From Sulfurimonas autotrophica (GTDB taxonomy: Bacteria > Campylobacterota > Campylobacteria > Campylobacterales > Sulfurimonadaceae), in the NCBI GenBank assembly GCA_015662405.1, contig DQUE01000153.1, positions 1 to 47,195 on the forward strand: a DNA stretch of 47,195 nucleotides, in the 5' to 3' direction. The notes under the pieces are model-generated. The model ran no database searches. It was not told the DNA's origin and saw only the letters and a program-made list of their open reading frames with translations. This document shows positions 9,682 through 19,037 of this stretch, in pieces; the stretch's first letter is position 1; every line of letters begins with the position of its first letter. The translations under genes were made by a program, and so were the position numbers.

Positions 9682-10656
9682 TTAACCGTTTTGTAGCATT
9701 TTAGCCACCTCTTTTGCATGATACGAAATGATTATATCGGCACCTGCTCTTTTAAATGCTACCATAGTTTCCATTACAACACGTTTATAATCAATCAAAT
9801 CATTCATTCCTGCAAACTTTAGCATTGCATACTCACCACTTACATTATAGACAGCCAAAGGCAGTGTTGTATTCTCTTTTATCTCTCGCACAATGTCTAA
9901 ATATGCCAGTGCCGGTTTTACCATCAAAATATCTGCACCCTGCTTCTCATCAGCAATACTCTCAGCAATTGCCTCACGACGATTTGCAGGATCCATCTGA
10001 TACGATGTACGATCACCAAAGCTCGGGGTAGACTGTGCCACATCACGAAACGGCCCATAGTAGCCACTTGCGAATTTTGTAGAGTATGCCATTATCGGTA
10101 AATCATGAAAACCTGCTTCATCAAGATAGCTACGTAATGTTGCAATGATTCCATCCATCATACCCGAAGGTGCTATCATGTCTGCACCCGCTTTTGCATG
10201 AATGATGGCCTGCTCTCCTGAAATCTCTAATGTTGCGTCATTGTTTACTGTCTTATGTACTTCATCTATAATGCCACAATGTCCATGGTCGGTATATTCA
10301 CAAAAACACAAATCAGTTACCACAAACATATCAGGATGCACTTTTTTTATCTCTCGCAGAGCTGTTGCGATAATACCATGCTCACACAAAGCATCACTCC
10401 CTATAGAGTCTTTAACATCAGGTATACCAAAAAGAATGATAGCGTAAATACCTAACGCTTTTAACTCCTCACACTCTTTTATAGCCTCATCAATACTCAT
10501 CTGATAGACACCCGGCATAGATGCTACTTCTGTTTTAATACCCTCACCACTACGAATAAAAAGCGGATATATAAAATCATCTACACTTACATGTGTCTCT
10601 CGCACAAGCGCACGAAGATATTTTTTGAGTCTAGTTCTTCGAAATCTTTGAAACAT
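9682..10656 (-). CDS. hemB: Porphobilinogen synthase (Zn-type)
   Basis: [32 protein letters not shown]. Confidence 0.97.
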   Translation of the reverse strand: MFQRFRRTRLKKYLRALVRETHVSVDDFIYPLFIRSGEGIKTEVASMPGVYQMSIDEAIKECEELKALGIYAIILFGIPDVKDSIGSDALCEHGIIATALREIKKVHPDMFVVTDLCFCEYTDHGHCGIIDEVHKTVNNDATLEISGEQAIIHAKAGADMIAPSGMMDGIIATLRSYLDEAGFHDLPIMAYSTKFASGYYGPFRDVAQSTPSFGDRTSYQMDPANRREAIAESIADEKQGADILMVKPALAYLDIVREIKENTTLPLAVYNVSGEYAMLKFAGMNDLIDYKRVVMETMVAFKRAGADIIISYHAKEVAKMLQNG

Positions 10657-10890
10657 TTTTTACCCTTTTTTTAAAAGAAATATTTTACCCTTTTTAAGAT
10701 TAAAATTTATCCATATCTCTTTTCTCCCTTTAGAGATATTCAGTAAAATCCTACGAAATTTAAAATAATCCTTAAACATCTAGTTTTGGAAAAGTTTTTA
10801 CTTTAGTGCAATTTAAGTAATAAAATCTCATAATTAAGAAAAAGAGGAAAATGCATCATCAAAAAAATCATCTCCGTACTACTAATAACA

Positions 10891-13434
10891 ATGCTTTTTC
10901 ACTCTATGCTTTTTGCAAATAACAATACTGTAAGTGACCTCTGTTATGGAGCGATTACAAATGATGATGATAAATATGAAACAACAATCCCTATCAGAAA
11001 TACCTCTGAAGATACACTAATGGATGTACAAGTTTTTATTGACTCCTTTTCTCTTTTTGATAACTTTCAAAGATGTGATATATTTAATAGAAACGACTCT
11101 CATGAAAATTGTAAGCAAGAGAGTGATGTGAGCTTTGCTTCGAACTTAGCTACGTTCGGCAACAAAGGAATACTCTACAATCTACAGAGTCTCATGTCAA
11201 ATATAGTAGATGATGAGGTAGAGCGTCTTTTTTTTGAGTCAACTTTTAGTTTGCTAAACTCCAATGATTACAAGTTAATAGCCACCTATAAGAAAAATGG
11301 TACTGGCTATACTGGAATTGTACCCTCTTGTACTTCATCTACATCAGAGAATGAAACAGTTTCTACAATAGGTTCCTTTGATGCATGGGACACTACTCGA
11401 GATAATGCCTCTATTCCTCCTTCAGATAGAAATATCTCCACTAAAATTGTAAACAAAGCATTTACTCTCTCTTTAGCAAGTTTAAACAAAAAGGCCAATG
11501 GCTATGAAATCAAAAATGGTTCTGGAGATATTAATGTAGCTATTTATCCTAAAAACTCTACTACACCTATTAGCAACCATGTTTCATTTAACCCAACAGC
11601 AAATCCACATACAAGCGTAGCTAGTTTTACAGTTGCACAAGCTCAAAGAGATGCTGTTGTTGGCTTTCAACTCTGTGCTACTTACGAAAATAATACAACA
11701 ACGGGTGAAACTCTGTACCATTTATATGGTTCTACTGCCTGTTCTTCACAAACAGTTTTCAATGATTGCAATGCAATAACATCGGGTACTCCGACTTGGC
11801 ATCTATGTTATTCAACCGATAACTTTGCAATACGCCCTTATGCTTTTAGGGTTTTTGGTGGAGATAGTTACAACAGAGCTGGCGAGGATTTTAATATAAC
11901 CATCAAAGCAGTAGATCAAATAAATTACGACAAAAATGACAGTAGTAGCTACGATAGAGTCTCAGGAGCATCAAAGTATAATGTGAACTTTTCAGACCTT
12001 ACACTTACATTTAATTTCTACACCCCTACAAATGATGAAATCAACATTATGTACAATAATGTTACAGGTACAAAATTAGCAGATATAAACACAAAAAGAG
12101 CCAGAGTTGCCAATTGTCCGCATTCTGGAACTTCTACAAAATTAAATCCTACTGATTCTTTTGTAGATGGTAATCTTACTGCAAAGTTAAAATTTAGTGA
12201 AACTGGGATTTTAACGATTACTGTAAGCGAGACTATAGGTCACGAATTTGCTATAGTCGATAGTGATGACACTCCCAAATCAAAAAGATTTATACAAGCC
12301 TCTTTAGTTATCAACTCAAAATCAAATATTTCACAAACAAGCTTGCTACTTATAAATCCATACTCAATAGACACTGTCGCAGAATATAACACTTCGACCT
12401 CTAAAGAGTGGGTTTACATGGATGATATAAGCAGTACGACAACAAACCATACAAAACCGAACATGTCAGCATATATACACTACATAGTTACTGCAAGAAA
12501 CAAAGATGGAGCTATTACAAAAAACTTTACATCTACTTGCTTTCCAGATACCAAAGTGAGTTGCCCAAGAGTAAATGGTCTTCAATTAAATACCACTTAT
12601 AACCTAAGACTCACTGCTACTCTTAACACAACAGCCGATGTTAACCTCAGCATATATAATGCAGACAAAAATAATAATACTCTTTTTATTGCACCTGATG
12701 ATCAATATGCAAACCTCTTAAAGGGGAACAATACACTAACAAAAGCGACTATGTATCCAAAACAGTTTACAGATGGAGTGGCAGAGTCGTATGTACACTT
12801 CAATGTAGATAAAAATATTTCTGTTGCGCAAAACCCTGTTACGATTAAGGTTATTGATACAAATACAAGTTTAGGCTGGACAAGTAGTGCTTCTCCTGCT
12901 GCTTTGAATGGTGATACACTGAACAGATCATATAGTTTTCTCTACGCTCGAACACATACTCAGCGCCAGCAATTTATAGGCACAGATGGTAATACTCCTA
13001 TCTTTTATGAGGTATATTGTAGTGGATCTGATTGTGATAAAACACTTTTACCAAATGGAGTAGCATCTAAAATTACAGATGATCCACGATGGTTTATCAA
13101 CACCTTACATAATCCCTTAGCAGATGGCAGTGTCACGCATGTAACACAAAAAGGAAGTGCATCCACTGTTATAACAACTACGCTATCTCATACAACAGGA
13201 AAAACAACCGCTTCTCTACACTATAATGCAACTAAAGGTTATCCTTATAAAACAACGATGGAGATCAATAGTGCAAAGTGGTTAGTCTATAATAAATATA
13301 ATCCTAACGCTACAACATATGAATTTGCGGTTGAATTTATTAGTCAATCTAGTGACTGGGCTGGTGTGCGTGAAACAGATACAACGACCAACAAAAATGC
13401 TTCTGAGAATACAAACAGGAGACTTATGTGGTAA
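10891..13434 (+). CDS. Large secreted T/S/N-rich protein, MshQ/DUF6701-like pilus tip adhesin candidate (true start uncertain)
   Basis: DNFAIRP..F, AGEDFNITIKA, YEVYC, WLVYN, RRLMW C-terminus; translationally coupled to three prepilin genes. Confidence 0.6.
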   Translation: MLFHSMLFANNNTVSDLCYGAITNDDDKYETTIPIRNTSEDTLMDVQVFIDSFSLFDNFQRCDIFNRNDSHENCKQESDVSFASNLATFGNKGILYNLQSLMSNIVDDEVERLFFESTFSLLNSNDYKLIATYKKNGTGYTGIVPSCTSSTSENETVSTIGSFDAWDTTRDNASIPPSDRNISTKIVNKAFTLSLASLNKKANGYEIKNGSGDINVAIYPKNSTTPISNHVSFNPTANPHTSVASFTVAQAQRDAVVGFQLCATYENNTTTGETLYHLYGSTACSSQTVFNDCNAITSGTPTWHLCYSTDNFAIRPYAFRVFGGDSYNRAGEDFNITIKAVDQINYDKNDSSSYDRVSGASKYNVNFSDLTLTFNFYTPTNDEINIMYNNVTGTKLADINTKRARVANCPHSGTSTKLNPTDSFVDGNLTAKLKFSETGILTITVSETIGHEFAIVDSDDTPKSKRFIQASLVINSKSNISQTSLLLINPYSIDTVAEYNTSTSKEWVYMDDISSTTTNHTKPNMSAYIHYIVTARNKDGAITKNFTSTCFPDTKVSCPRVNGLQLNTTYNLRLTATLNTTADVNLSIYNADKNNNTLFIAPDDQYANLLKGNNTLTKATMYPKQFTDGVAESYVHFNVDKNISVAQNPVTIKVIDTNTSLGWTSSASPAALNGDTLNRSYSFLYARTHTQRQQFIGTDGNTPIFYEVYCSGSDCDKTLLPNGVASKITDDPRWFINTLHNPLADGSVTHVTQKGSASTVITTTLSHTTGKTTASLHYNATKGYPYKTTMEINSAKWLVYNKYNPNATTYEFAVEFISQSSDWAGVRETDTTTNKNASENTNRRLMW

Positions 13435-14054
13435 AAAAGTTAGCCTTTACGCTTATAGAGCTTATTTTTGCTATTGTCATTATCGCAATTACTGTTGTCT
13501 CTTTGCCTATGATGAATCAAGCAATCTCTAAAAGTATTGATGCAAACCTTATCCAAGAAGCAATTTTTGCAGCGTCCACGGAGTTGAACGAGGTTACCAC
13601 AGCGCAATGGGATGAAGCTTCCATAGATGGAAATGCAAGCACTACAATAAGTCAGGTAATAAATATAAACAATACATGTGAGAACAATCAATCAAACCAA
13701 CGCTATAGACTTAGACCCGGACATATTCTCCAACCCCTACACAGAAGATGTCTCAATAACCTAACACAAGGAAATCTCAATTCCAATACAAATAATAACA
13801 TAGATGCAGTAGAAGACAAAGCCCATGGATATAGAGAAATATTTTTAAATTTAACACCAAATCAAGCAGGATATAAGCAAAAATACAAATCCTTAGTAGC
13901 CATCAATTATAACCCAGTATTTAACGCAACAGTAGAACCTAATATGAAAAAAATAACGATCATAGTAAAAGATGAAAACAATAATACTGTCACTTCTTTA
14001 TTTACCTATGTCGCAAATATCGGCGGTATTGATCACTACAAGAGAATATATTGA
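13428..14054 (+). CDS. Type IV minor pilin (MshD/PilV-like)
   Basis: Prepilin motif KKLA|FTLIELIFAIVII with E5. Confidence 0.85.
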   Translation: MVKKLAFTLIELIFAIVIIAITVVSLPMMNQAISKSIDANLIQEAIFAASTELNEVTTAQWDEASIDGNASTTISQVININNTCENNQSNQRYRLRPGHILQPLHRRCLNNLTQGNLNSNTNNNIDAVEDKAHGYREIFLNLTPNQAGYKQKYKSLVAINYNPVFNATVEPNMKKITIIVKDENNNTVTSLFTYVANIGGIDHYKRIY

Positions 14055-14971
14055 TGAAAAATCGTTTTGCTTTTACTATGGTTGAATTACTATTTGTCAT
14101 AGTTATTATGGGGATTATAGGAAAATTTGGCGTAGAATTTTTGGCACAAGCCTATAAAAGTTTTCTCTTTTCCAAAATAAACCATGAACTCCAATCCAAG
14201 AGTGAAATGGCAGTAGAACTTATAGCAAAACGCTTAGAGGGAAGAATAAAGGACTCTGTTATTGCAAGAGATTCAAATGGAAATTTTGATGCTATAGGAG
14301 ATCTAGACAACACAAAAAGATATGTAATTTTAGAGTGGATAGGCAGCGATATAGATGGATTTCGCGGCATTTCTAATACAGATATACCGCACCTTCCAAA
14401 CTGGAGTGGTATCATTGATCTTGATGCAGGAAACAGTAACGTACTTGTCTCTCCCGCTACTGATACTGCAAAAACAAATCAACTCATTTCGATACTTTCA
14501 GCTGGAACAACTAATATAAACGATAGTGCCCTCTTTTTTATAGGTGCAAATAGTGATGTTAGAAGTGACTACGGCTGGGATGGAGATATTACAAAAATCA
14601 GTCTCCAACAAGGAGCTATGCACCCTGTAACAAGCGTCGTAGGAGAACCAACGCAATTTATCTCTTCTACTACTACAAATTTTAGTGGTATAGCTATTTA
14701 TGAATACTATCAACTTGCATGGAGTGCCTATGCTGTTGCCTTGGAGGATTACAACACAACAAGTAAGATGGGCAATCTCTATCTCTACTACAACTATCAG
14801 CCATGGCTAGCAGAGCAATTTGATGGCAGCAACTCAAACAAATCACTGCTCATGCAAAATGTCAGCACCTTTCAATTTAGTGCTACTGGTGCTATTATGA
14901 AAATTAAAGTATGTGTAAAAACTGACTTGGTAGAGGAGTACGCTTTATGCAAAGAAAAAACAATATTTTAA
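14051..14971 (+). CDS. Type IV minor pilin (MshO/PilW-like)
   Basis: Prepilin motif RFA|FTMVELLFVIVIMG; about 300 aa. Confidence 0.85.
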   Translation: MMKNRFAFTMVELLFVIVIMGIIGKFGVEFLAQAYKSFLFSKINHELQSKSEMAVELIAKRLEGRIKDSVIARDSNGNFDAIGDLDNTKRYVILEWIGSDIDGFRGISNTDIPHLPNWSGIIDLDAGNSNVLVSPATDTAKTNQLISILSAGTTNINDSALFFIGANSDVRSDYGWDGDITKISLQQGAMHPVTSVVGEPTQFISSTTTNFSGIAIYEYYQLAWSAYAVALEDYNTTSKMGNLYLYYNYQPWLAEQFDGSNSNKSLLMQNVSTFQFSATGAIMKIKVCVKTDLVEEYALCKEKTIF

Positions 14972-15405
14972 AGCGTGCTAAAAATGGTATAGCTATGATT
15001 ATGGCCATAGCTATTTTTGTTATACTAGCAACAATTATGGCATTAACTATCACTCTTACTTCGCAAACTACTCAACGAACAACTGATGTCTATTTGTATG
15101 AGCAGTCTGTACTTTTAGCACACAGTGCTGCTGAGTATGCACTTTTACGTATTGCTCAAAATCCTCCATGTAGTAATTTAGATGAAAATTTCATACAAGA
15201 TGGTCTCTACCACGTAACAATTCATCTGCGTTATATTTATAACTCAAATAGTGCATGCACAGCAAATGGTGGTACTCTCTACACAACCGTTACAACACCT
15301 GAACAAAATGGTTCTGTACTTCTAGATGTGACTGTGGATGTAAATGATACAACGGTTGCTACTGAACCTATAAGATATTTTAGAAGAACTCTACAAAAAT
15401 TGTAA
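14947..15405 (+). CDS. PilX/MshP-like minor pilin
   Basis: KRAKNG|IAMIMAI hydrophobic helix lacking E5; A.SAAEYAL motif. Confidence 0.75.
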   Translation: MQRKNNILKRAKNGIAMIMAIAIFVILATIMALTITLTSQTTQRTTDVYLYEQSVLLAHSAAEYALLRIAQNPPCSNLDENFIQDGLYHVTIHLRYIYNSNSACTANGGTLYTTVTTPEQNGSVLLDVTVDVNDTTVATEPIRYFRRTLQKL

Positions 15406-15432
15406 CTTCATACTTTTTATTAAACTTTTTAA

Positions 15433-15441
15433 TGGTATAAT
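15433..15441 (+). promoter_or_regulatory. Extended -10 promoter of hpf
   Basis: TGGTATAAT with upstream T-tracts, followed by SD AAGGA. Confidence 0.6.
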
Positions 15442-15473
15442 TTTTTTACATTAGAACATAAAAGGATTTAATC

Positions 15474-16007
15474 ATGAATATTAGTATGACAGGAAGAAAT
15501 TTAGAACTTACTGATGCTCTTAAAGAGCATATTTCATCTTCTATTGAAACGCTCAAAAAATTTAACTTAGATATTATTTCAGTTAATGTTGTCGTATCTT
15601 CACAAACAAAAAAAGGTAAAGAGCATGCAACAGTTGAGTTTGTGATCAACTTAGCACACAAAAATACTATCGTTATCAAACAAAATGACGAAGATGCATA
15701 TGTTGCTATTGATTTAGCTACAAATAGAGCGCAAAAATCACTCCGCCGTTTACATGACAAAGTTACTGACCATCAAAAAGTTGGTTTAAATGAAGCCAAA
15801 GCACAAGAGGTTGATGTAAAAGCTGCAGCTGAGGCTATGGAAGATGAGATCATTCCAGTAGAGCTTGAGCTTTATAAACCTCGTGAAGTTGAAGATGTTT
15901 TAGAAGACCTCAAAAAGAGTGATAAAACATTTGAAATCTTTTTAGACAATGAAAATAAAACGCGCGTTCTTTTTAAAATGGGGAATAAAAAGTTTGGACT
16001 TTACTAG
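15474..16007 (+). CDS. hpf: Ribosome hibernation promoting factor (long HPF/RaiA)
   Basis: MNISMTGRNLELTDALKEH, DAYVAIDLA..R....LRR; C-terminal S30AE-like domain. Confidence 0.9.
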   Translation: MNISMTGRNLELTDALKEHISSSIETLKKFNLDIISVNVVVSSQTKKGKEHATVEFVINLAHKNTIVIKQNDEDAYVAIDLATNRAQKSLRRLHDKVTDHQKVGLNEAKAQEVDVKAAAEAMEDEIIPVELELYKPREVEDVLEDLKKSDKTFEIFLDNENKTRVLFKMGNKKFGLY

Positions 16008-16019
16008 GCCTCTTTTTCA

Positions 16020-16123
16020 AAACCTACAACCTAGATGCTCATCTAGGTTTACAAAAGAACACCTTAAAGAGATGTAAGTGGCTTTACACAGTTTATTTTT
16101 ACAGACTCAAAAAGGGTGAGAAC
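16020..16123 (-). ncRNA. Candidate ~100-nt sRNA with C/U-rich loops
   Basis: ggTATACT -10 (16134-16129), then hairpins CTCA-CCCTTTT-TGAG and TGTAAAG-CCA-CTTACA, then the 16028-16049 stem. Confidence 0.35.
16028..16049. terminator. Hairpin between convergent hpf and GNAT genes
   Basis: AACCTAGATG-CT-CATCTAGGTT perfect inverted repeat. Confidence 0.6.
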
Positions 16124-16137
16124 TCTATAGTATACCT

Positions 16138-16761
16138 TTAAAACTCCATAGCCAAAAGCATAACACCTGCTCTTCCAAAAATCTCTCTATAAGATTCACA
16201 CTCTTTTTTATCTACTATTTTAAATCCAAGTTTTTTATATAACAATTCAGCTTCTAATGAACCTATTTCAATAATTGTTTGTACAATACTGTAGCCTTTT
16301 ACTCTAGCCGTTAGCAAACTTTTTTGCATTAATGCTTTGAGTATGCCAACATCCATAAAACCATCCAACTCTTCCATAAAATCAAACATTAACCTGCTTC
16401 TATTTGTATCAAAACTACACTCATATACTATCGCTAAAGGTTCTTGTATCTCATTGCCACAACCTATCTCTTGTAAAGCTTGTATAAATGTCTCTTTTGT
16501 TGCAATTCTCGGTTCATAGCTACATAATGTTCCAACATCTTTTCCATCCATCTGCGCTATAAAAAAGTTTTTATAATGACAGTGACTTCTTGCCTCAGTT
16601 TGCGTTAATTTTTCTAACTTTTCTAAAACTATTTTGTCATCATCTGTTCCAAAAAGCACATCAAACAAGCCATCCTTTTTCCCCGCTCTTGAGCTTTGTA
16701 AAATCATTTGTGCCAAAAAAGAAGCGTCATCAACCGTAGCCTGTTTTATTATAATACCCAT
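16138..16761 (-). CDS. GNAT-family N-acetyltransferase
   Basis: Likely start MGIIIKQATVDDA (16761); FFIAQMDGKDVG; A..LYKKLGF motif. Confidence 0.75.
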   Translation of the reverse strand: MGIIIKQATVDDASFLAQMILQSSRAGKKDGLFDVLFGTDDDKIVLEKLEKLTQTEARSHCHYKNFFIAQMDGKDVGTLCSYEPRIATKETFIQALQEIGCGNEIQEPLAIVYECSFDTNRSRLMFDFMEELDGFMDVGILKALMQKSLLTARVKGYSIVQTIIEIGSLEAELLYKKLGFKIVDKKECESYREIFGRAGVMLLAMEF

Positions 16762-16949
16762 TCTCTTATCCAAAATTGAAATTTTTTCTATTTTATTCTT
16801 GACATCATATAAGAGTAATAGTACCATACTTTATGATAAAAAGTTTCTTAATTATGGCAAGTTTCTCAATTTTATTGTTCTCTTCCCATGGATACTCACA
16901 AAGTATGAAGCGGTCTCGTGTAATACTCCACCATCCAATGATACCAATC

Positions 16950-17303
16950 TCATTCATTCCAAAGCACACTTACTCCATACTCTTCATTCAAAACAATTGT
17001 TTTTGTGTAGTAGATCTTTTTACCATACTTTTTACTCAAAAGCTCCACTTCAAGCTCCTCTTCACTTAAAAGCTCTCTTACCTCTTTATAGTTCAACCAT
17101 TTTCCATACTTTGCCAAAGTGTTCTGCCAGATTCTAAAACTACATGTAGAGTCTTGCGTCACTTCAAACATCTCACCATCTTCTGTCATCCAGTGTGCGT
17201 TTATGCAGGCATAGAGTTTGACCTTTTTACCCCGTACCTCTTTATCTCGCACTTCTATTGACCCATCATCACAATAGGGACATTTTCCTAAAATCATAAC
17301 CAA
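16950..17303 (-). CDS. Stand-alone Zn-ribbon protein resembling a topoisomerase III C-terminal repeat
   Basis: LGKCPYC...YAC...CSFRIW....GK.L...EVRELL......L.SK..GK pattern; SD AGGAG. Confidence 0.55.
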   Translation of the reverse strand: MVMILGKCPYCDDGSIEVRDKEVRGKKVKLYACINAHWMTEDGEMFEVTQDSTCSFRIWQNTLAKYGKWLNYKEVRELLSEEELEVELLSKKYGKKIYYTKTIVLNEEYGVSVLWNE

Positions 17304-17388
17304 CTCCTGATTTTTCTGCTATTATTATAAAATATTTACAGTACTGCCTTGTAATTTATGGCAATTTGACATACTTTAAGGATAAAGA

Positions 17389-18072
17389 ATGCAAAAAAAT
17401 GCAAAACCATTAGAGCTTTTAGCCAACACAAACAAAACATTTGAAGAGGAGTTTTTCCGATATGCACAGCCTTTTGAGTATGAAAAAGGAGCTTCTCCAT
17501 TCTATCCAGATGATCTACTCAAATATTTTTATATTATAGTAGATGGCAGAATCAAAACATATCAGATAAATTTTCAAACAAACAAAGAGCAGACGCTTTT
17601 TATCTACAAACGCGGAGATATGTTTGATGTCATTTCTCTGCTTGATGGCAAACCACATGAAGTGATTTATGAGGTTATTGAAGATACTAAAATCCTGCGT
17701 CTACCAATTGAAAAAGTTCGCTACTGGCTAGAGCATGATGCCACCTTTAATAAAAAATTTTTTCCATATGTAGCAGCACATATGCGATACACTGAAGAAC
17801 TAACTACTGAACTCGCACTCTATGATACAAAAGAGCGTTTTTTACATCTTTTAGTAGAAAATTTAAACCCCAACAACAGATTTCGCTATCAGCTCTTGCA
17901 GAATCTCTCAAACACCGAAATAGCCAAACTTCTTGGTACTGTACGCCATGTAATAGAGCGAACAATAAAACAACTCAAAGCTGACAGCATCATTGAAACG
18001 AGCAGGTGCAACATCAAGGTAAAAAATCTGCAAAAACTTTTAGATAAAACCTCTCAAATGCTACTTAAGTAG
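17389..18072 (+). CDS. Crp/Fnr-family transcriptional regulator
   Basis: cNMP-like domain (YIIVDGRIK..GDMF) and HTH LSNTEIAKLLGTVRHVIERTIKQL; no N-terminal FNR Cys cluster. Confidence 0.92.
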   Translation: MQKNAKPLELLANTNKTFEEEFFRYAQPFEYEKGASPFYPDDLLKYFYIIVDGRIKTYQINFQTNKEQTLFIYKRGDMFDVISLLDGKPHEVIYEVIEDTKILRLPIEKVRYWLEHDATFNKKFFPYVAAHMRYTEELTTELALYDTKERFLHLLVENLNPNNRFRYQLLQNLSNTEIAKLLGTVRHVIERTIKQLKADSIIETSRCNIKVKNLQKLLDKTSQMLLK

Positions 18073-18074
18073 CA
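18059..18074. promoter_or_regulatory. Perfect 16-bp palindrome, putative Crp/Fnr-family site for the hsp20 promoter
   Basis: TGCTA-CTTAAG-TAGCA (5-6-5 geometry), upstream of -10-like TACTAT/TATCAT at 18093-18101. Confidence 0.55.
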
Positions 18075-18131
18075 AAATACTTTTATAAAACATACTATCA
18101 TTTCTCAAATAAAAAATTTAAGGAGGTTGCC

Positions 18132-18575
18132 ATGTTAGTAACAAGATATAAAAACCCAATAAATAATACAAGAAGATTTGACTTAATGAATGAATTTTTT
18201 CATGCACTTGAGGCACAAAGCAGTGAAGAGCCAAGAGAGGTATTTGACTTTGTTCCTACTGTAAATACAAGAGAGGGAGCAGATGCGTACTATATAGAGC
18301 TTGATTTACCAGGTGTAAAAAAAGAAGATGTAGAGATTAGCGTAGATAAAAATATTTTAACTATCAGAGGAAAACGAGAGGTCAAAAAAGAAGAAGAAAA
18401 GAATGACTATTATAGAGTAGAGAGTGCCTATGGTAGTTTTGCGAGAAGCTTTACATTGCCAGAGAAGGTAGATGTTGAAAACATCCGTGCAACAAATGAA
18501 AATGGTGTAGTTGAGATCACCATACCAAAATTAAAAGTTGAAAAAGATACAGCAAAAAAAATTGAAATTGAGTAA
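18132..18575 (+). CDS. Hsp20/alpha-crystallin small heat-shock protein
   Basis: DLPGVKKEDV, YGSFARSFTLP, NGVVEITIPK. Confidence 0.95.
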   Translation: MLVTRYKNPINNTRRFDLMNEFFHALEAQSSEEPREVFDFVPTVNTREGADAYYIELDLPGVKKEDVEISVDKNILTIRGKREVKKEEEKNDYYRVESAYGSFARSFTLPEKVDVENIRATNENGVVEITIPKLKVEKDTAKKIEIE

Positions 18576-18586
18576 GGAGGGTTATT

Positions 18587-19012
18587 ATGGATATAGTAAA
18601 CACATCAAAAGAGTTGGTAGAAAAAGCAGAAGAGAAAATTGAAAAAGGTTTAGAAGTTGTTAAAGATACATTTCATAATGTGGCATCACATCTACCACTA
18701 GCAAACCTTGCAAAACACAACAATGACACCTTTACAATCGAAGTTGATTTACCGGGTGTGAAAAAAGAGGATATAGATATAAAAATAGAAGATGATTATC
18801 TTACTGTTACAGCGATAAGAAAATTTAAAAATGAAATCAAAGAGGATGATTACTATCTGTGCGAGTCTAGCTTTGGTATTATCTCAAGAAGTTTTGTATT
18901 GCCAGACAATATAGATAGAGATAAAATCCAAGCAAAATATGAAGATGGAAGATTATATTTAACACTTGAAAAAATAGAATCCAAAAAGACAAAAAGTATC
19001 AGCATCAAGTAA
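18587..19012 (+). CDS. Hsp20/alpha-crystallin small heat-shock protein
   Basis: DLPGVKKEDI, FG..SRSFVLP, AKYEDGRL. Confidence 0.93.
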   Translation: MDIVNTSKELVEKAEEKIEKGLEVVKDTFHNVASHLPLANLAKHNNDTFTIEVDLPGVKKEDIDIKIEDDYLTVTAIRKFKNEIKEDDYYLCESSFGIISRSFVLPDNIDRDKIQAKYEDGRLYLTLEKIESKKTKSISIK

Positions 19013-19037
19013 AAGATGCTGATAAAAGGAGCTTTCT

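Noticed and set aside
10658-10695. Direct repeat TTTTACCCTTTTT x2 upstream of hemB
   Set aside because: Explained as the SD and the ggTAAAAT -10 on the minus strand in low-complexity DNA.
10786-10803. Sigma54-like site TTGGAAAAGTTTTTACTT upstream of the pilin cassette
   Set aside because: The near-invariant -12 GC is AC, so it is not supportable without TSS data.
16634-17137. 167-aa + strand ORF, and the many other 60-145-aa antisense or nested ORFs in the track (e.g. 8735..9172, 19388..19768, 24986..25393, 32742..33101)
   Set aside because: They overlap well-supported genes and lack SDs or recognisable motifs.
17349-17364. Imperfect palindrome TTGTAATTTATGGCAA upstream of the Crp/Fnr gene
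   Set aside because: Spacing and half-sites differ from the perfect 18059 site; could be chance in AT-rich DNA.
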